Shown in pieces: positions 1-10,055 of a stretch of 64,000 nt of DNA; position 1 is the first letter of the stretch; every line of letters begins with the position of its first letter. The position numbers and the translations under genes are program-made. The stretch is taken from the NCBI GenBank assembly GCA_964432565.1, contig CAYSOA010000004.1, forward strand, positions 38,839 to 102,838. The letters run 5' to 3'. Under the pieces are notes generated by a model that was not told the origin of the DNA, made no database searches, and saw nothing but the letters and a program-made list of their open reading frames with translations. The stretch is from an uncultured Bacteriovorax sp. GTDB lineage: Bacteria > Bdellovibrionota > UBA1018.

Positions 1-543
1 CCCAAGAAGCGCTCCAAGAAGGCCCCAGCCAGTGCACCAGACGCAGCAGCAGACCCCTCTGAAGCGGCGCCTACCGCTGAGCCGGAAAAGCCTCGTCGCG
101 CCTCGCTGCCCAAGGGAATCCACCCCAGGGACGTCACGCTCGAAATGGCCCTGAAGTGGCTCTCTCTGCCGCGAGTTCTGGGCAATCACCCTCAGACGGG
201 ACTTCCAGTCACGGCCAACAACGGCCGGTTTGGTCCGTATGTGGTGATGGACGGCAACTTTCGCTCGCTCAAAAAGACCGACGACGTCTACTCGGTCACC
301 CTCGATCGTGCCGTCGAACTTCTTGCTGAAGAAAAGCGGGCCCGAGCGGGAAGCACCATCCTGAAGGAACTCGGCCAGCACCCCAAGGACCGCAAGCCCG
401 TCCAGATGCTCGAGGGCAAGTATGGTGTCTACGTCAAGCACGGCAAGGTCAACGCCACCGTCCCTAAAGAGACGGCAAATGATTCGGTGACGCTCGAAAT
501 GGCCCTGCAGCTTCTGGAAGAGCGCGCCGGTCGAAAAAAGTGA
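1..543 (+). CDS. topA: DNA topoisomerase I, C-terminal fragment (5' end lies outside the window)
   Basis: The frame-1 ORF is open from base 1 and stops with TGA at 541-543. Its translation carries GRFGPYV- and GKYGVYV-type repeats typical of the TopA C-terminal domain. Confidence 0.75.
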   Translation, partial: PKKRSKKAPASAPDAAADPSEAAPTAEPEKPRRASLPKGIHPRDVTLEMALKWLSLPRVLGNHPQTGLPVTANNGRFGPYVVMDGNFRSLKKTDDVYSVTLDRAVELLAEEKRARAGSTILKELGQHPKDRKPVQMLEGKYGVYVKHGKVNATVPKETANDSVTLEMALQLLEERAGRKK

Positions 544-1067
544 GTTTCAGGGGCGCCCTTCCTCTGGCGTTTTTGATCTCCAGCCTGACGCTGGGGAGTT
601 CCGCGACGGCAGACCATTCGCCCCGAGCCCCTACATCCGCTGTCAACGCCTTGAGCCTCGAAGTTCTGGGGCGCAGCCTGGTACTGGGGGTTCAGTTTGA
701 TCGGCGACTCAATCCGGAGTGGGCACTGGCGGCGGGGTTCTCGAGAGTGGACGCCCAGGATGGCGACAGAAAGTCGGTGGCCTCTCCGTTTCTCCTACCG
801 ATTCATGTGCTGCATTACTTTTCAGCAGGCCGCTCCGCCTGGTTTGCCTCAGGAGGTCTGACTTTCTTCACGGATGCGCGGGCCGCTGCCGGACGAGCCC
901 CCGTGATCGGAACACTCCGATTTCCCGCGATCCCTCTCCTGCTGAACGCAGGACTGGGCTTTGAAATCCGTCAGGACCACGGCTTTCTGTTTCGAGTACA
1001 GGGACTGCTGACCCGAGGTGCCTCAGCGGCCATTTCGACAGGACTGCAGCTGGGCTACACCTTCTAA
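540..1067 (+). CDS. hypothetical outer-membrane beta-barrel protein (signal peptide, C-terminal aromatic)
   Basis: A GTG start overlaps the topA stop (GTGA). The N-terminus reads as a signal peptide (LAFLISSLTLGSSA), the body has alternating amphipathic beta-strand character, and the protein ends GYTF. Confidence 0.5.
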   Translation: MSFRGALPLAFLISSLTLGSSATADHSPRAPTSAVNALSLEVLGRSLVLGVQFDRRLNPEWALAAGFSRVDAQDGDRKSVASPFLLPIHVLHYFSAGRSAWFASGGLTFFTDARAAAGRAPVIGTLRFPAIPLLLNAGLGFEIRQDHGFLFRVQGLLTRGASAAISTGLQLGYTF

Positions 1068-2341
1068 AATCGCAGCAGAAACTGGCCATTTCCGCCTTCC
1101 CAGGCTCCGCGCTTCCCGAACTCGTCCAGATCGGCGTTAGCCTGAAGCCGAAGAACAGCGTCAGCACCAAAGACAAAGTCGTAAGTCACGCTGAGTCGAA
1201 ATTCGCTTTCTGAGGCTGCCGCGCCGCCCGAGAAGAGCGCGGGATCTCCCGAGCTCTGGTGCACTGTTTCGATCACTCCCACGCTCCAGCGGTCCCGCCT
1301 GCGAGCTGACTCGTATCCCGGAAGATGCAGGGCCACCAGCGGAAGGAGATCGCGCGACCGTGCGTCTCCCTCAGTCGTATTCCACGAGCGGAGCGCAGCC
1401 ATGAGCCCCAGGTCGAGCCCCCAATTCTGTCGAGGACCCAGCTCTGAAATCGTCGCACGCAGGTGGGAGATGAAGCGTCGAGTCCTCCAGCCGGAGGCCG
1501 TGACCGAACTTGTTCCGCCATCAGGGGTACGGGATTCGCTCTTTTCATCGTACTGAGCCCGACCGCTCCAGCGTAGAGTGGACGACTGCGCGGAGCTGAA
1601 AAACACCGAGCCGAGCGTCTTGCGGTAGCCGTAGATGAGTTCGTCCTGAGGAAAGAGCCACCGCGTCCGAGTGTCGAACCGCAGGGCATACTGAAAAAAA
1701 TCTCTCGAATTGCCCGCCGGCGACGACCACAGGCGACCGACCACTCCGCGGGAATACGGCAGATCGGGCTCCACGAAAGTGTCGGGCCGATCACTGCGCC
1801 TGAGCCGAGTGACGTCAACGAACGTATTGAAGAGCCGAATCTCATGCCTCTCCGAGGGATTCAGCACGAGGGCAACCCCCGTGTCATTGCGTCGCTTCGA
1901 GAAATCCGGGTCTCCATAAAGCGAAACACCCAGCCACGGCTTCGGTCTCAGGATGAACTCAAGAATATGATGGACCGACTGCTTTTCGAGATCGCGGTCA
2001 TCAAGAAAATGAAATCGAAACTCACTGTGTTCCCCCAGGGGTGCGCGAATCTTCAGTCGCGTATCCATCAGAAACTGCGTGGCGTTCAGGCTGCCGATAC
2101 TGAGATCCAGCAGTCGATCCCTCGTAATCCAGTCGTACTGCCAGGTCTCGGGCTTCATGTAGCTGAAGAGATCCGACTGATACTCGGAGCCCAATTGCCC
2201 CGGTCCCTCGAAAATTTCCGGCTCGCCTTCCGCGAGACTGATGAACTCCGGTGCATCCTCCCAGGCCCTGACCTGAACGGGATCCACCGCGATCAGTGTC
2301 AGAAGAACCCACGCCAGTGCGCGTATCTTCCAGCCATTCAT
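1064..2341 (-). CDS. hypothetical secreted/outer-membrane protein (425 aa, C-terminal ...LLRF)
   Basis: It is a long ORF with an N-terminal signal peptide (ALAWVLLTLIAVDPVQVRA) and a C-terminal Phe. No catalytic motif was recognised. Confidence 0.5.
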   Translation of the reverse strand: MNGWKIRALAWVLLTLIAVDPVQVRAWEDAPEFISLAEGEPEIFEGPGQLGSEYQSDLFSYMKPETWQYDWITRDRLLDLSIGSLNATQFLMDTRLKIRAPLGEHSEFRFHFLDDRDLEKQSVHHILEFILRPKPWLGVSLYGDPDFSKRRNDTGVALVLNPSERHEIRLFNTFVDVTRLRRSDRPDTFVEPDLPYSRGVVGRLWSSPAGNSRDFFQYALRFDTRTRWLFPQDELIYGYRKTLGSVFFSSAQSSTLRWSGRAQYDEKSESRTPDGGTSSVTASGWRTRRFISHLRATISELGPRQNWGLDLGLMAALRSWNTTEGDARSRDLLPLVALHLPGYESARRRDRWSVGVIETVHQSSGDPALFSGGAAASESEFRLSVTYDFVFGADAVLRLQANADLDEFGKRGAWEGGNGQFLLRF

Positions 2342-2353
2342 TCCCTGGCCTGC

Positions 2354-2761
2354 TCAGGAATCCCGCTCGAACGCGAAACGGCCGGCACCCGCGAAAAGAA
2401 TCGTCAGATAGCCACCGAGATAGAGGAAGGCCATCTCGCCGCTCCCGGGACCGGAAAGCTGCATCTCGTGCTGGATAAAAAAGGCCACCCCCATGGTGAC
2501 GGCCAGAACCAGGGCAGCGAACCGGGTCAAGAACCCCGCCATCAGCAGCACCGAACAGAAGACTTCGGCAAAGACGACCAGGGCCAGCGACGGTGTCGAT
2601 CCGATGCCGATCGGATCGGGAAATCGCCCCGCCTTGGCCGAGAATCCCTCGAGTTTACCCCAGCCATGCAGCACCAGCATCGATAACCCCAACCAGAATC
2701 GAAGCATCATCAGAGCGAAATCGGCGGAGACGGGAATGAACGACAGGCGAAGAATCTTCAT
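2354..2761 (-). CDS. DoxX-family membrane protein
   Basis: It is a small polytopic membrane protein with a DoxX-like pattern (MLRFWLG...VLHGWGK...). The start was taken at MKILRL, which is the internal Met of the ORF. Confidence 0.55.
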   Translation of the reverse strand: MKILRLSFIPVSADFALMMLRFWLGLSMLVLHGWGKLEGFSAKAGRFPDPIGIGSTPSLALVVFAEVFCSVLLMAGFLTRFAALVLAVTMGVAFFIQHEMQLSGPGSGEMAFLYLGGYLTILFAGAGRFAFERDS

Positions 2762-2818
2762 AGTCGCCAGTTCTGGCACCTCAGTCGCGCGAAGTCGAGA
2801 GGCAGACGAGAAGGTCCG

Positions 2819-3961
2819 TCAGCCCACCGGAGCGGAAAACTCCCGCAGCAGTGCCCGACGTCGGCGATGTCTTTCGAGACCGAGATCGATCAGTTCGGAC
2901 AATAGCTCGGAATAGCCCAGACCCGTGGCCTCCCACATCTTGGGATACATGCTGATCGAAGTGAACCCCGGAAGGGTATTGATCTCGTTGAAAAAGACCT
3001 CTTCGGTGACCTTGTCGACAAAGAAATCGACCCGAGCCAAGCCTTCAGCCTCAAGCGCGGCGAAGACGCGTGCGGCCAGCTCCTGAATACGACCCGCCTC
3101 CTCACCGGAAAGGCGGGCGGGAATCAGCAACGCGGCGCCATGGTCGTCCAGGTATTTGGCCTCGTAAGAATAAAACTCGTGAGTTGGGATGATCTCCCCA
3201 CAGACACTCACTCGCGCCGGCGCGCTGAGATCGCGGGACTCCAGCACGGCAACCTCGATTTCGCGGGCCGATACGGCCTTCTCAACCAGAATTTTGTGAT
3301 CGTACCGCAGGGCATCGTCCAGTGCGGCGTCGAGTGCGGATGCTTCACGCACCTTGTGGATTCCCACGCTCGATCCCATGTTGGCGGGCTTTACGAAACA
3401 CGGGTACCCCAGCCGTGTGGCGATTTCCTGCCGAATGAGCTCACGGTTTCGAGCCCAGGCCGTTGCACGGACCGTCACAAACGGAACGATGGGCACTCCC
3501 GCATCCCGGACAAGGCGCTTGCTCACCTCCTTGTCCATGCCAGCCGATGAGGCGAGCACGCCACAGCCGACATAGGCCACCTCAGACAGCTCGAAAAGAC
3601 CTTGAAGGGTTCCGTCCTCGCAAAGGGGCCCGTGAAGCACCGGAAAAACCACATCAGCGGTAGCCACCGGCTTTCCGTCCGTCCCGACGAAGACCGCCCT
3701 GCCCAGCCCGCGGGATGGATCGGCAGACAGGTGGACCGGCACTGCATTGGCCGGAATGGAGAGGGTCTCGCCCTGAGCCTCTTTCTCAACAAAATCAGGA
3801 CTGACGAGAGTCCATCGCCCCTGCTTGTCAATAGCCACCGGGAGGACTTCAAAACGGGTGCGATCGAGGTATCGGACGACCGAAGCCGCCGAACGCAGGG
3901 AGATCTCGTGCTCGCCCGACCTGCCCCCGTAGAGAACCGCCACCTGGGTCTTGTTTTTCAT
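2819..3961 (-). CDS. ddl: D-alanine--D-alanine ligase
   Basis: The N-terminus reads VAVLYGGRSGEHEISL, the ATP-grasp core is present (GYPCFVKPANMGSSVGI), and the C-terminus has NEINTLPGFT. The length (380 aa) also fits Ddl. Confidence 0.9.
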   Translation of the reverse strand: MKNKTQVAVLYGGRSGEHEISLRSAASVVRYLDRTRFEVLPVAIDKQGRWTLVSPDFVEKEAQGETLSIPANAVPVHLSADPSRGLGRAVFVGTDGKPVATADVVFPVLHGPLCEDGTLQGLFELSEVAYVGCGVLASSAGMDKEVSKRLVRDAGVPIVPFVTVRATAWARNRELIRQEIATRLGYPCFVKPANMGSSVGIHKVREASALDAALDDALRYDHKILVEKAVSAREIEVAVLESRDLSAPARVSVCGEIIPTHEFYSYEAKYLDDHGAALLIPARLSGEEAGRIQELAARVFAALEAEGLARVDFFVDKVTEEVFFNEINTLPGFTSISMYPKMWEATGLGYSELLSELIDLGLERHRRRRALLREFSAPVG

Positions 3962-4070
3962 GGAAAAAGGCTAACCGAGCAACATCCTTGATTCACTAAT
4001 AAAAGCGCAATAAGGTCCGCATTACGCGACAAAAAAGTGGGGTCCTTCGAACCCCAAGGAGACTGTCAAC

Positions 4071-5381
4071 ATGTCGATTCATCAGAATCATTCCGTCCCA
4101 GGTGCCGATCTCTGGTCTTCCAGCGATCTCTATCGCAACGCCGTCCAACAGCTGAACGAGGCCGCCTCGCTCATGAACCTTGATCCGAACGTGTCCACGC
4201 GCCTCAGCGTGCCCAAGCGCGCCCTGGTCGTGAGCGTTCCAATCCGTCTCGACAACGGCAACATCAAGGTCTTCGAGGGCTATCGCGTTCAACACAACAT
4301 GACCCTCGGCCCCGGCAAGGGCGGTATCCGTTTCCATCCGGAAGTCACGCTCTCGGAGACGGGAGCGCTCGCGATGCTGATGACCTTCAAGTGCTCGCTC
4401 GTCGGCCTGCCCCTCGGTGGCGCCAAGGGCGGCATTCGAGTCGACTCCACCCAGCTCTCGCGCCAGGAACACCAATCCCTGATGCGTCGCTACACGATGG
4501 AGATCAATACGATCATCGGTCCTGACAAGGACATTCCGGCTCCGGACGTCGGCACCGACGCCCAGCACATGGCCTGGATGATGGACACCTTTTCGCAGAC
4601 GCGGGGATTCGCCACGCCTGGCGTGGTCACCGGAAAGCCGGTCGAGATCGGCGGGTCGCTGGGCCGTGCAGAGTCCACGGGACGCGGCGTGGTCTACACG
4701 ACGGTTCATGCCAAGAAGTACCTCTCCGACAAGGGACGGGGATCGGCCCGAGTGGATTCTTCCACGACCGTGGCCGTCCATGGCTTCGGAAAGGTTGGAG
4801 CGGTGGCCGCTCTCGAGATCCACGCCATGGGCGCCAAAGTGGTGGCCATCGGCGACATCTCGAGTGGGGTGTACAATGCCAACGGACTCAATGTTCCCGA
4901 GGTGTACAACTACTTCCAGAAGCACCGCACGCTGGAAGGATATCCCGAGGCCGAAGCCATCAAGCCGCAGGACGTGCTGACCCTCGACGTTGAGGTACTC
5001 ATGCCGTGCGCGATCGACGGCGTGATCACGGAAAAGAATGCGAGTGACGTCAAGGCAAAGATCATTGCCGAAGGCGCCAACGGCCCGGTCACGACGGCCG
5101 CGATGAAGGTTCTCGAAGAGCGTGGCGCCTTCATCGTTCCCGACGTGCTCTGCAACGCAGGCGGCGTGATTGTCTCGTATTTCGAGTGGGTGCAGGGCAT
5201 CCAGAACTTCTTCTGGAGCGAGAGTCAGGTCAACTCGAAGCTCGCCGAAGTCATGGAAAATGCGTTCAACAAGGTCGTCCAGGTTCGGGACCAGTATGAC
5301 TGCGGCATGAAGACGGCCGCCCTCATTGCCGGCGTCGATCGCCTGAACCGAGCCATGCTGATGCGGGGACTTTTTCCGTAG
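4071..5381 (+). CDS. gdhA: NAD(P)-dependent glutamate dehydrogenase
   Basis: GDH signature motifs are present: KGGIRFHP, LPLGGAKGGI, and GFGKVG in the Rossmann fold. The length is 436 aa. Confidence 0.9.
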   Translation: MSIHQNHSVPGADLWSSSDLYRNAVQQLNEAASLMNLDPNVSTRLSVPKRALVVSVPIRLDNGNIKVFEGYRVQHNMTLGPGKGGIRFHPEVTLSETGALAMLMTFKCSLVGLPLGGAKGGIRVDSTQLSRQEHQSLMRRYTMEINTIIGPDKDIPAPDVGTDAQHMAWMMDTFSQTRGFATPGVVTGKPVEIGGSLGRAESTGRGVVYTTVHAKKYLSDKGRGSARVDSSTTVAVHGFGKVGAVAALEIHAMGAKVVAIGDISSGVYNANGLNVPEVYNYFQKHRTLEGYPEAEAIKPQDVLTLDVEVLMPCAIDGVITEKNASDVKAKIIAEGANGPVTTAAMKVLEERGAFIVPDVLCNAGGVIVSYFEWVQGIQNFFWSESQVNSKLAEVMENAFNKVVQVRDQYDCGMKTAALIAGVDRLNRAMLMRGLFP

Positions 5382-5409
5382 GACCCGGCTCGAGATAAAA
5401 GCTCCCAGG

Positions 5410-5442
5410 CGCCCCGGGCGTTTCCGTCCGGGGCGTTTTTTT
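5410..5442 (+). terminator. rho-independent terminator of gdhA
   Basis: A GC hairpin (CGCCCCGG gcgtttccgt CCGGGGCG) is followed by TTTTTTT. Confidence 0.8.
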
Positions 5443-5511
5443 ACGCCGATAAACCGCTCTTCCCGATCAGCACTTGTCGCTATCCGATGGAAAAGTTACG
5501 GTGGAGCATCC

Positions 5512-6561
5512 ATGTCCTCATTTCGCCAACGCTTCATCGATCTCACGCCCGCCATTCGGGCCCCGGGATCCGGGGTCGGCCAGACCGCCCAGCGATCCTT
5601 TGACGCCATCCGCTCGCTCGCACCCGAAATTCAAGCGGCCAGCAGAACGCGTACCCCCGGCGCCCACTGGATTCATCCGGTCGAACGCCTGATGGGACGC
5701 AAGGGAGTGCTTTATCACTCCTTCGAGCATCGCATGTCTCCCTTCATGAAGGGCACTCGCCTGCTCTCGATTCATGACCTCTGGACCCTCAAGCCCGGAA
5801 ACGCTTGGCAATCGGCCGAGTTCCAGGCCCGGCAGGCTCCTCTTCTGGCGCAAGCCATTCGCAGGGCGGATTGGATCACCACGCCGTCACGCGCCGTTCT
5901 TCGGCAACTGCACGAACGCTTTCCTTCCGTTCGCGGTCGATCCCAGTACATCCCCTGGGGTCCGACCATCGACCTGAACACTCCGATCCGGCACTCCCCC
6001 GGCTCCTCGGCCACGCTCCCTCTTCCACAAAGACCCTTCTTTCTGACCGTCGCCAATCTTGAGGTGCGAAAAAACCTGTCGATGATCATCGAGGCCACTC
6101 GTGGGCTCTCAGGTTTTGACTGGGTCTTCGCGGGACGCCCGGGCCACGGCTCCGAGCAGATCATCCGGATGATTCATGGCGCCGGGAATGAGGGTGGCAT
6201 CGGCATTCACCTGCATCAGAACCTGAGCACCAGTCAGCTGCACGAACTGTATCGGCGCTGCGAAGCGGTCGTGCTGCCTTCGCATGATGAGGGCTTTGGC
6301 CTGCCCGCCCTTGAGGCGGCCGTCTTTGGTCGACCATTGATTCTCTCGAACATCGAGCCCTTTCGAGAGATCGCCGTCGATGCGGCGCTTTACTTCGACC
6401 CGGTACATGGCTGCGACGCACTGAGAGCTCATTTGCTTCAGCTCCTCGAGGATTCTTCACTCTCGCGCCGCCTCTCGGTTCAGGCCACCGTGCGTGCGAG
6501 CCTCTTTTCGTGGGAGAAGACCGCCCGATCCTTCGTCGAAGTCTACGAAAAGCTGGCCTGA
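5512..6561 (+). CDS. glycosyltransferase, family 1 (GT4-like)
   Basis: The C-terminal GT-B motifs are present: EGFGLPALEA and the E-X7-E region. Confidence 0.7.
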   Translation: MSSFRQRFIDLTPAIRAPGSGVGQTAQRSFDAIRSLAPEIQAASRTRTPGAHWIHPVERLMGRKGVLYHSFEHRMSPFMKGTRLLSIHDLWTLKPGNAWQSAEFQARQAPLLAQAIRRADWITTPSRAVLRQLHERFPSVRGRSQYIPWGPTIDLNTPIRHSPGSSATLPLPQRPFFLTVANLEVRKNLSMIIEATRGLSGFDWVFAGRPGHGSEQIIRMIHGAGNEGGIGIHLHQNLSTSQLHELYRRCEAVVLPSHDEGFGLPALEAAVFGRPLILSNIEPFREIAVDAALYFDPVHGCDALRAHLLQLLEDSSLSRRLSVQATVRASLFSWEKTARSFVEVYEKLA

Positions 6562-6571
6562 CTTCCCGGCA

Positions 6572-7996
6572 CTATCCGTCGATGGGATCAGACGGATCCT
6601 CCCGCCGAAGACCCAGCTCCTTCATCTTCAGCTGCAGGCCCTTGCGGGAGAGGCCCAGCGCCTCGGCAGTACGGGTCACATTCCCGCCGTTGCGCTGCAG
6701 TTCATCCTCGATCAATGAACGCTCGAGCTCCTGCGTGCGCAGTCGCACCTTCTCCTTGAAGCTCAAGGACGCGGCCTCCTCCTGCTGAAAGCCGATGGCC
6801 CTGGCAATTTCCTCGGGCAGATCGGCCATTCCGAGGGCAGCCCCCTCGCACATGACGACCATTCGTTCGATGGTATTCTCGAGCTGGCGGATGTTTCCAG
6901 GCCAGGAATAGCACTTCAGCGTTTCGATCAGGTCATCATGGATCGTGGTCACGATGCGATTGACCCTGATGCAGGCCTGCTTGAGAAAGTACCGTGCCAG
7001 CGCCTCGAGATCGTTGAGCCGTTCGCGAAGAGCAGGAAGCTGGATCGGCACCACATTTAGGCGATAGAAGAGATCTTCGCGAAACCGTCCTGCCGCGATC
7101 TCGATTTCAAGTGAACGATGAGTCGCCGCGATCACACGAAAATCCGCGTGCAGGGTGCGCACTCCTCCGAGTCGCTCGAAGGTGCGTTCCTGCAGCACTC
7201 GAAGCAGCTTGGGCTGCATGTCCACCGGAATCTCGGCAATCTCATCCAGAAAAAGGGTTCCCCCATGGGCCAGCTCGAAACGGCCTGGCTTCGAGGTGAC
7301 GGCCCCAGTGAAAGCCCCGCGCTCATGGCCAAAAAGCTCGCTTTCCATCAGGTTTGCGGGAATGGCGGCACAGTTGAGCTTGATGAACGGCCCGTGGCTG
7401 CGCTCCGACTGCAGATGAATCCGTCGCGCCACCAGCTCTTTTCCGGTGCCGCTCTCACCAGTCAGAAGCACCGTCGAATCTCCAGAGGCCACTCGCGACA
7501 CCAAACGCAGGACCTCCTGCATCGCCTCGCTCGTCCCGAAGAGAGCACCCGCCGAATCCGCACTCTCCGCCCGGGGAGCACCGGCCGCGCGCTCCAGCAG
7601 GCGGGGCTCGCGGGCCTGTTCGACCGAAGAGGCCACCGCCTTTCGAATCGCGGCAAGAAGCTCCTCATGATCGAAGGGTTTGGTCACGAAATCCGCCGCG
7701 CCCCTGCGAAGAGCTGCCACTGCGGAGTCGACCGTTCCGTATGCAGTCAACAGGATAACCGGCAGCTCGGGACGAAATTTGCGGCAAAAATCGAGGACGG
7801 CGAGTCCGTCCATTCCGGGCATCGCGAGGTCGGTCAGAACGACATCGAGGGGCTCGGTTTCGAGCGACTCGATCGCGACTTCCGGCTCATTGAATGCAAG
7901 CACCTCGAACCCGGCACGTTCGAGCAGCGCCTTGAGCACCAGCGTGAGATTCCGCTCGTCATCAATGACCAGAATCCGGGCCCGGGTCTCGCTCAT
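6572..7996 (-). CDS. sigma54-dependent response regulator (NtrC family: REC + AAA+ sigma54-activator + HTH)
   Basis: The REC domain reads ILVIDDE, followed by Walker A (GESGTGKE), the GAFTGA motif and a C-terminal Fis-type HTH. The start was taken at MSETRAR and has a 4-nt ATGA overlap with the upstream kinase. Confidence 0.85.
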   Translation of the reverse strand: MSETRARILVIDDERNLTLVLKALLERAGFEVLAFNEPEVAIESLETEPLDVVLTDLAMPGMDGLAVLDFCRKFRPELPVILLTAYGTVDSAVAALRRGAADFVTKPFDHEELLAAIRKAVASSVEQAREPRLLERAAGAPRAESADSAGALFGTSEAMQEVLRLVSRVASGDSTVLLTGESGTGKELVARRIHLQSERSHGPFIKLNCAAIPANLMESELFGHERGAFTGAVTSKPGRFELAHGGTLFLDEIAEIPVDMQPKLLRVLQERTFERLGGVRTLHADFRVIAATHRSLEIEIAAGRFREDLFYRLNVVPIQLPALRERLNDLEALARYFLKQACIRVNRIVTTIHDDLIETLKCYSWPGNIRQLENTIERMVVMCEGAALGMADLPEEIARAIGFQQEEAASLSFKEKVRLRTQELERSLIEDELQRNGGNVTRTAEALGLSRKGLQLKMKELGLRREDPSDPIDG

Positions 7997-9990
7997 ACCC
8001 CTCTCCTTGTCGGAAAGCGCAGTCGGAAACAAGCCCCCGTCGCAAGGCCTTCCAACAGCTCGATTCTTCCGTGATGGGATTCAAGAATCCGCTGGCAGAT
8101 TGAAAGTCCGAGTCCGGTCCCGGAATGACTGGTGGTGAAGAACGGCACGAAAAGTTTTTTCCGGATCTCCTCCGACACGCCTCGACCATTGTCTCGAACA
8201 TCAATCAATGCCCATCTCCCGTCGCGCGAAAGGGTGGCGGAAAAAGAAACCTCTCTGGCGCCCGCATCCGCACTGTTTCTGACGAGGTTTTCCAGAACCT
8301 GGATGATCGCCTCAGGATCCATCTCCACCTTGATCGCAGGCGAATCGTTGCACCGAACGGCCAGGGACCGTTCGGGTTGTGACAGTGCAACCGACGACTC
8401 CAGGCGCGTCGCCGCGCGATGAAGCCATTCGTCCAGACGAACTGCTTCCAGTTCCGGACTGGACCTTCTCGAGTAAACAAGAAAGCGACTGACTACGTGA
8501 TTGAGACGAGCAACTTCCTCGCGGATGACTCGGGTCCACGGAGCCATCGCCGGCTCATCCGGCAGGAGCTCCGCCGCCCCCTGGATGGCTCCGAGAGGGT
8601 TTCGAATCTCGTGGGCGAGACCTGCGGCCATTTCACCGAGGGTCGCCAGACGTTCGCGCTCGGCCTCATCCCGAACCCGCAGCAGCAGCGCCAGGCTTCG
8701 TCCCGCCTCGTCGAGAAGCTCTTCGACCTCGCGAAGCTGCCGCCAAGACTGTAGTCCGGCGGCCCTGGGCCTGGGCACCTCGCTCAAGTCGACCAGTACC
8801 CAACCGAGCAACTGGCGTTCGAAGAGCGGAAGCACGCAGTTGGCTCCCGTTCGTCGAAGATCGTCCAGAACCGCCTGCAGACGCAGACGCACCCTCGCGC
8901 TCGAGGTACGCTCGATCTCGGCCTGAAGCAGGGGCTCGACAAGAACCGAGAGCCGCCCCGAATCCCGGCGATCTCGCATCTCTTCGGAGAGTGCCCCCAT
9001 GGCCTCGGCGGGATCCTGGTGCAGGAGCACCAGTCTCAGCGACGCAGGCAAAAGAGCCTGACTCACGCCCTCCCTCAGGCCCTCCTGCCAGGATTGCAGA
9101 TCGGCAGCCGATCGGAGCGACTGCATCGACTGCTCGAGCCGCCTTCTCCAGTCGGCGTCGCGATGCGCCAGAAGCCGATCCGTCAGGGCGGAGACCGTGC
9201 GCTGAAGCGGATTGAGCAGCATCACGATCAGAAACGATACGGCAAAGGAGTTGAGCAGAAAGAGCACCGGGTTCTGCTTGATCCAGGCGACGAGCAGCAG
9301 ATAGACACCTGTCAGCACGACAGCCAGTACCAAAAGTACGACAAATCGAGTGAACAGCAGCGGAAGATCGAGAAGTTTCTGCTGTCGAATCGCCTGTCCC
9401 AGCAGGATCAGATAAACACAAAGCAGCAAGTTTCCGAGCGAAGGAAGCAGGTGGCCCATCCAAGGGACGTGATCCATCGTGGAGAGGGCGAGGACCATCA
9501 GCGCTCCGCCAAAGATGACGCCGTCGCGAAGCGAGAGCGGCCGGCGCGTGGCAAGAATGACGAACACCTGCAGCACGACGGTAATGGGCGAGAAGAGCAT
9601 CACCGGCAGAATCGAGTCATGGGCCACCCCGCCACGTCCCCATGAAAGGCCCCAGACCACCGTCAAAACTACCGCCGACAGCAGGCTGACGGCCCAGAGG
9701 GCACGGGAGACGAGCGCTATCCAACCTTCGGGAAAACGCCCCACCCAGATGCGCAGGAAATGCAATGCGACAGGACCGAGCCAGACTCCTGCCAGGAGGT
9801 GCACGGCGTAGTACCCTCCTCCCGCAAAGACCTGCTCAAGGAAAAACGAAAGCGACCATACGAAGACCGCTCCGCACATTGCGGAGAAGCTGAAAAGCAG
9901 CCTGTTCTGAAGGCGCCGCGCCAGGACTGACATGGCCATGCCAAGACTGGTCAGGGACACCAGCAGAGCCGTTTGAGCCAGTAGGTTCAT
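7993..9990 (-). CDS. sensor histidine kinase with polytopic (about 9-10 TM) N-terminal membrane sensor domain
   Basis: About 290 aa of successive hydrophobic helices lead into a HisKA box (LAHEIRNPLGAI) and an HATPase_c domain (GTGLGLSICQRI). Confidence 0.8.
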   Translation of the reverse strand: MNLLAQTALLVSLTSLGMAMSVLARRLQNRLLFSFSAMCGAVFVWSLSFFLEQVFAGGGYYAVHLLAGVWLGPVALHFLRIWVGRFPEGWIALVSRALWAVSLLSAVVLTVVWGLSWGRGGVAHDSILPVMLFSPITVVLQVFVILATRRPLSLRDGVIFGGALMVLALSTMDHVPWMGHLLPSLGNLLLCVYLILLGQAIRQQKLLDLPLLFTRFVVLLVLAVVLTGVYLLLVAWIKQNPVLFLLNSFAVSFLIVMLLNPLQRTVSALTDRLLAHRDADWRRRLEQSMQSLRSAADLQSWQEGLREGVSQALLPASLRLVLLHQDPAEAMGALSEEMRDRRDSGRLSVLVEPLLQAEIERTSSARVRLRLQAVLDDLRRTGANCVLPLFERQLLGWVLVDLSEVPRPRAAGLQSWRQLREVEELLDEAGRSLALLLRVRDEAERERLATLGEMAAGLAHEIRNPLGAIQGAAELLPDEPAMAPWTRVIREEVARLNHVVSRFLVYSRRSSPELEAVRLDEWLHRAATRLESSVALSQPERSLAVRCNDSPAIKVEMDPEAIIQVLENLVRNSADAGAREVSFSATLSRDGRWALIDVRDNGRGVSEEIRKKLFVPFFTTSHSGTGLGLSICQRILESHHGRIELLEGLATGACFRLRFPTRRGV

Positions 9991-10055
9991 ATGCCGTGCT
10001 CTTACCAGAGAAATGGCCTCAAGGTCAGCCGCGACCGCGACGATAGGCCCATTGT

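Noticed and set aside
2774-2789. A perfect TGGCAC-N5-tCGCg sigma54-like match lies on the plus strand.
   Set aside because: It sits inside the 5' end of the minus-strand DoxX ORF and points into the antisense of ddl. There is no plus-strand gene downstream, so the match is likely chance.
3996-4925. A 309-aa minus-strand ORF lies inside gdhA.
   Set aside because: It is antisense to a strongly conserved glutamate dehydrogenase and has an Arg/Gly/His-rich composition typical of a GC-rich shadow ORF.
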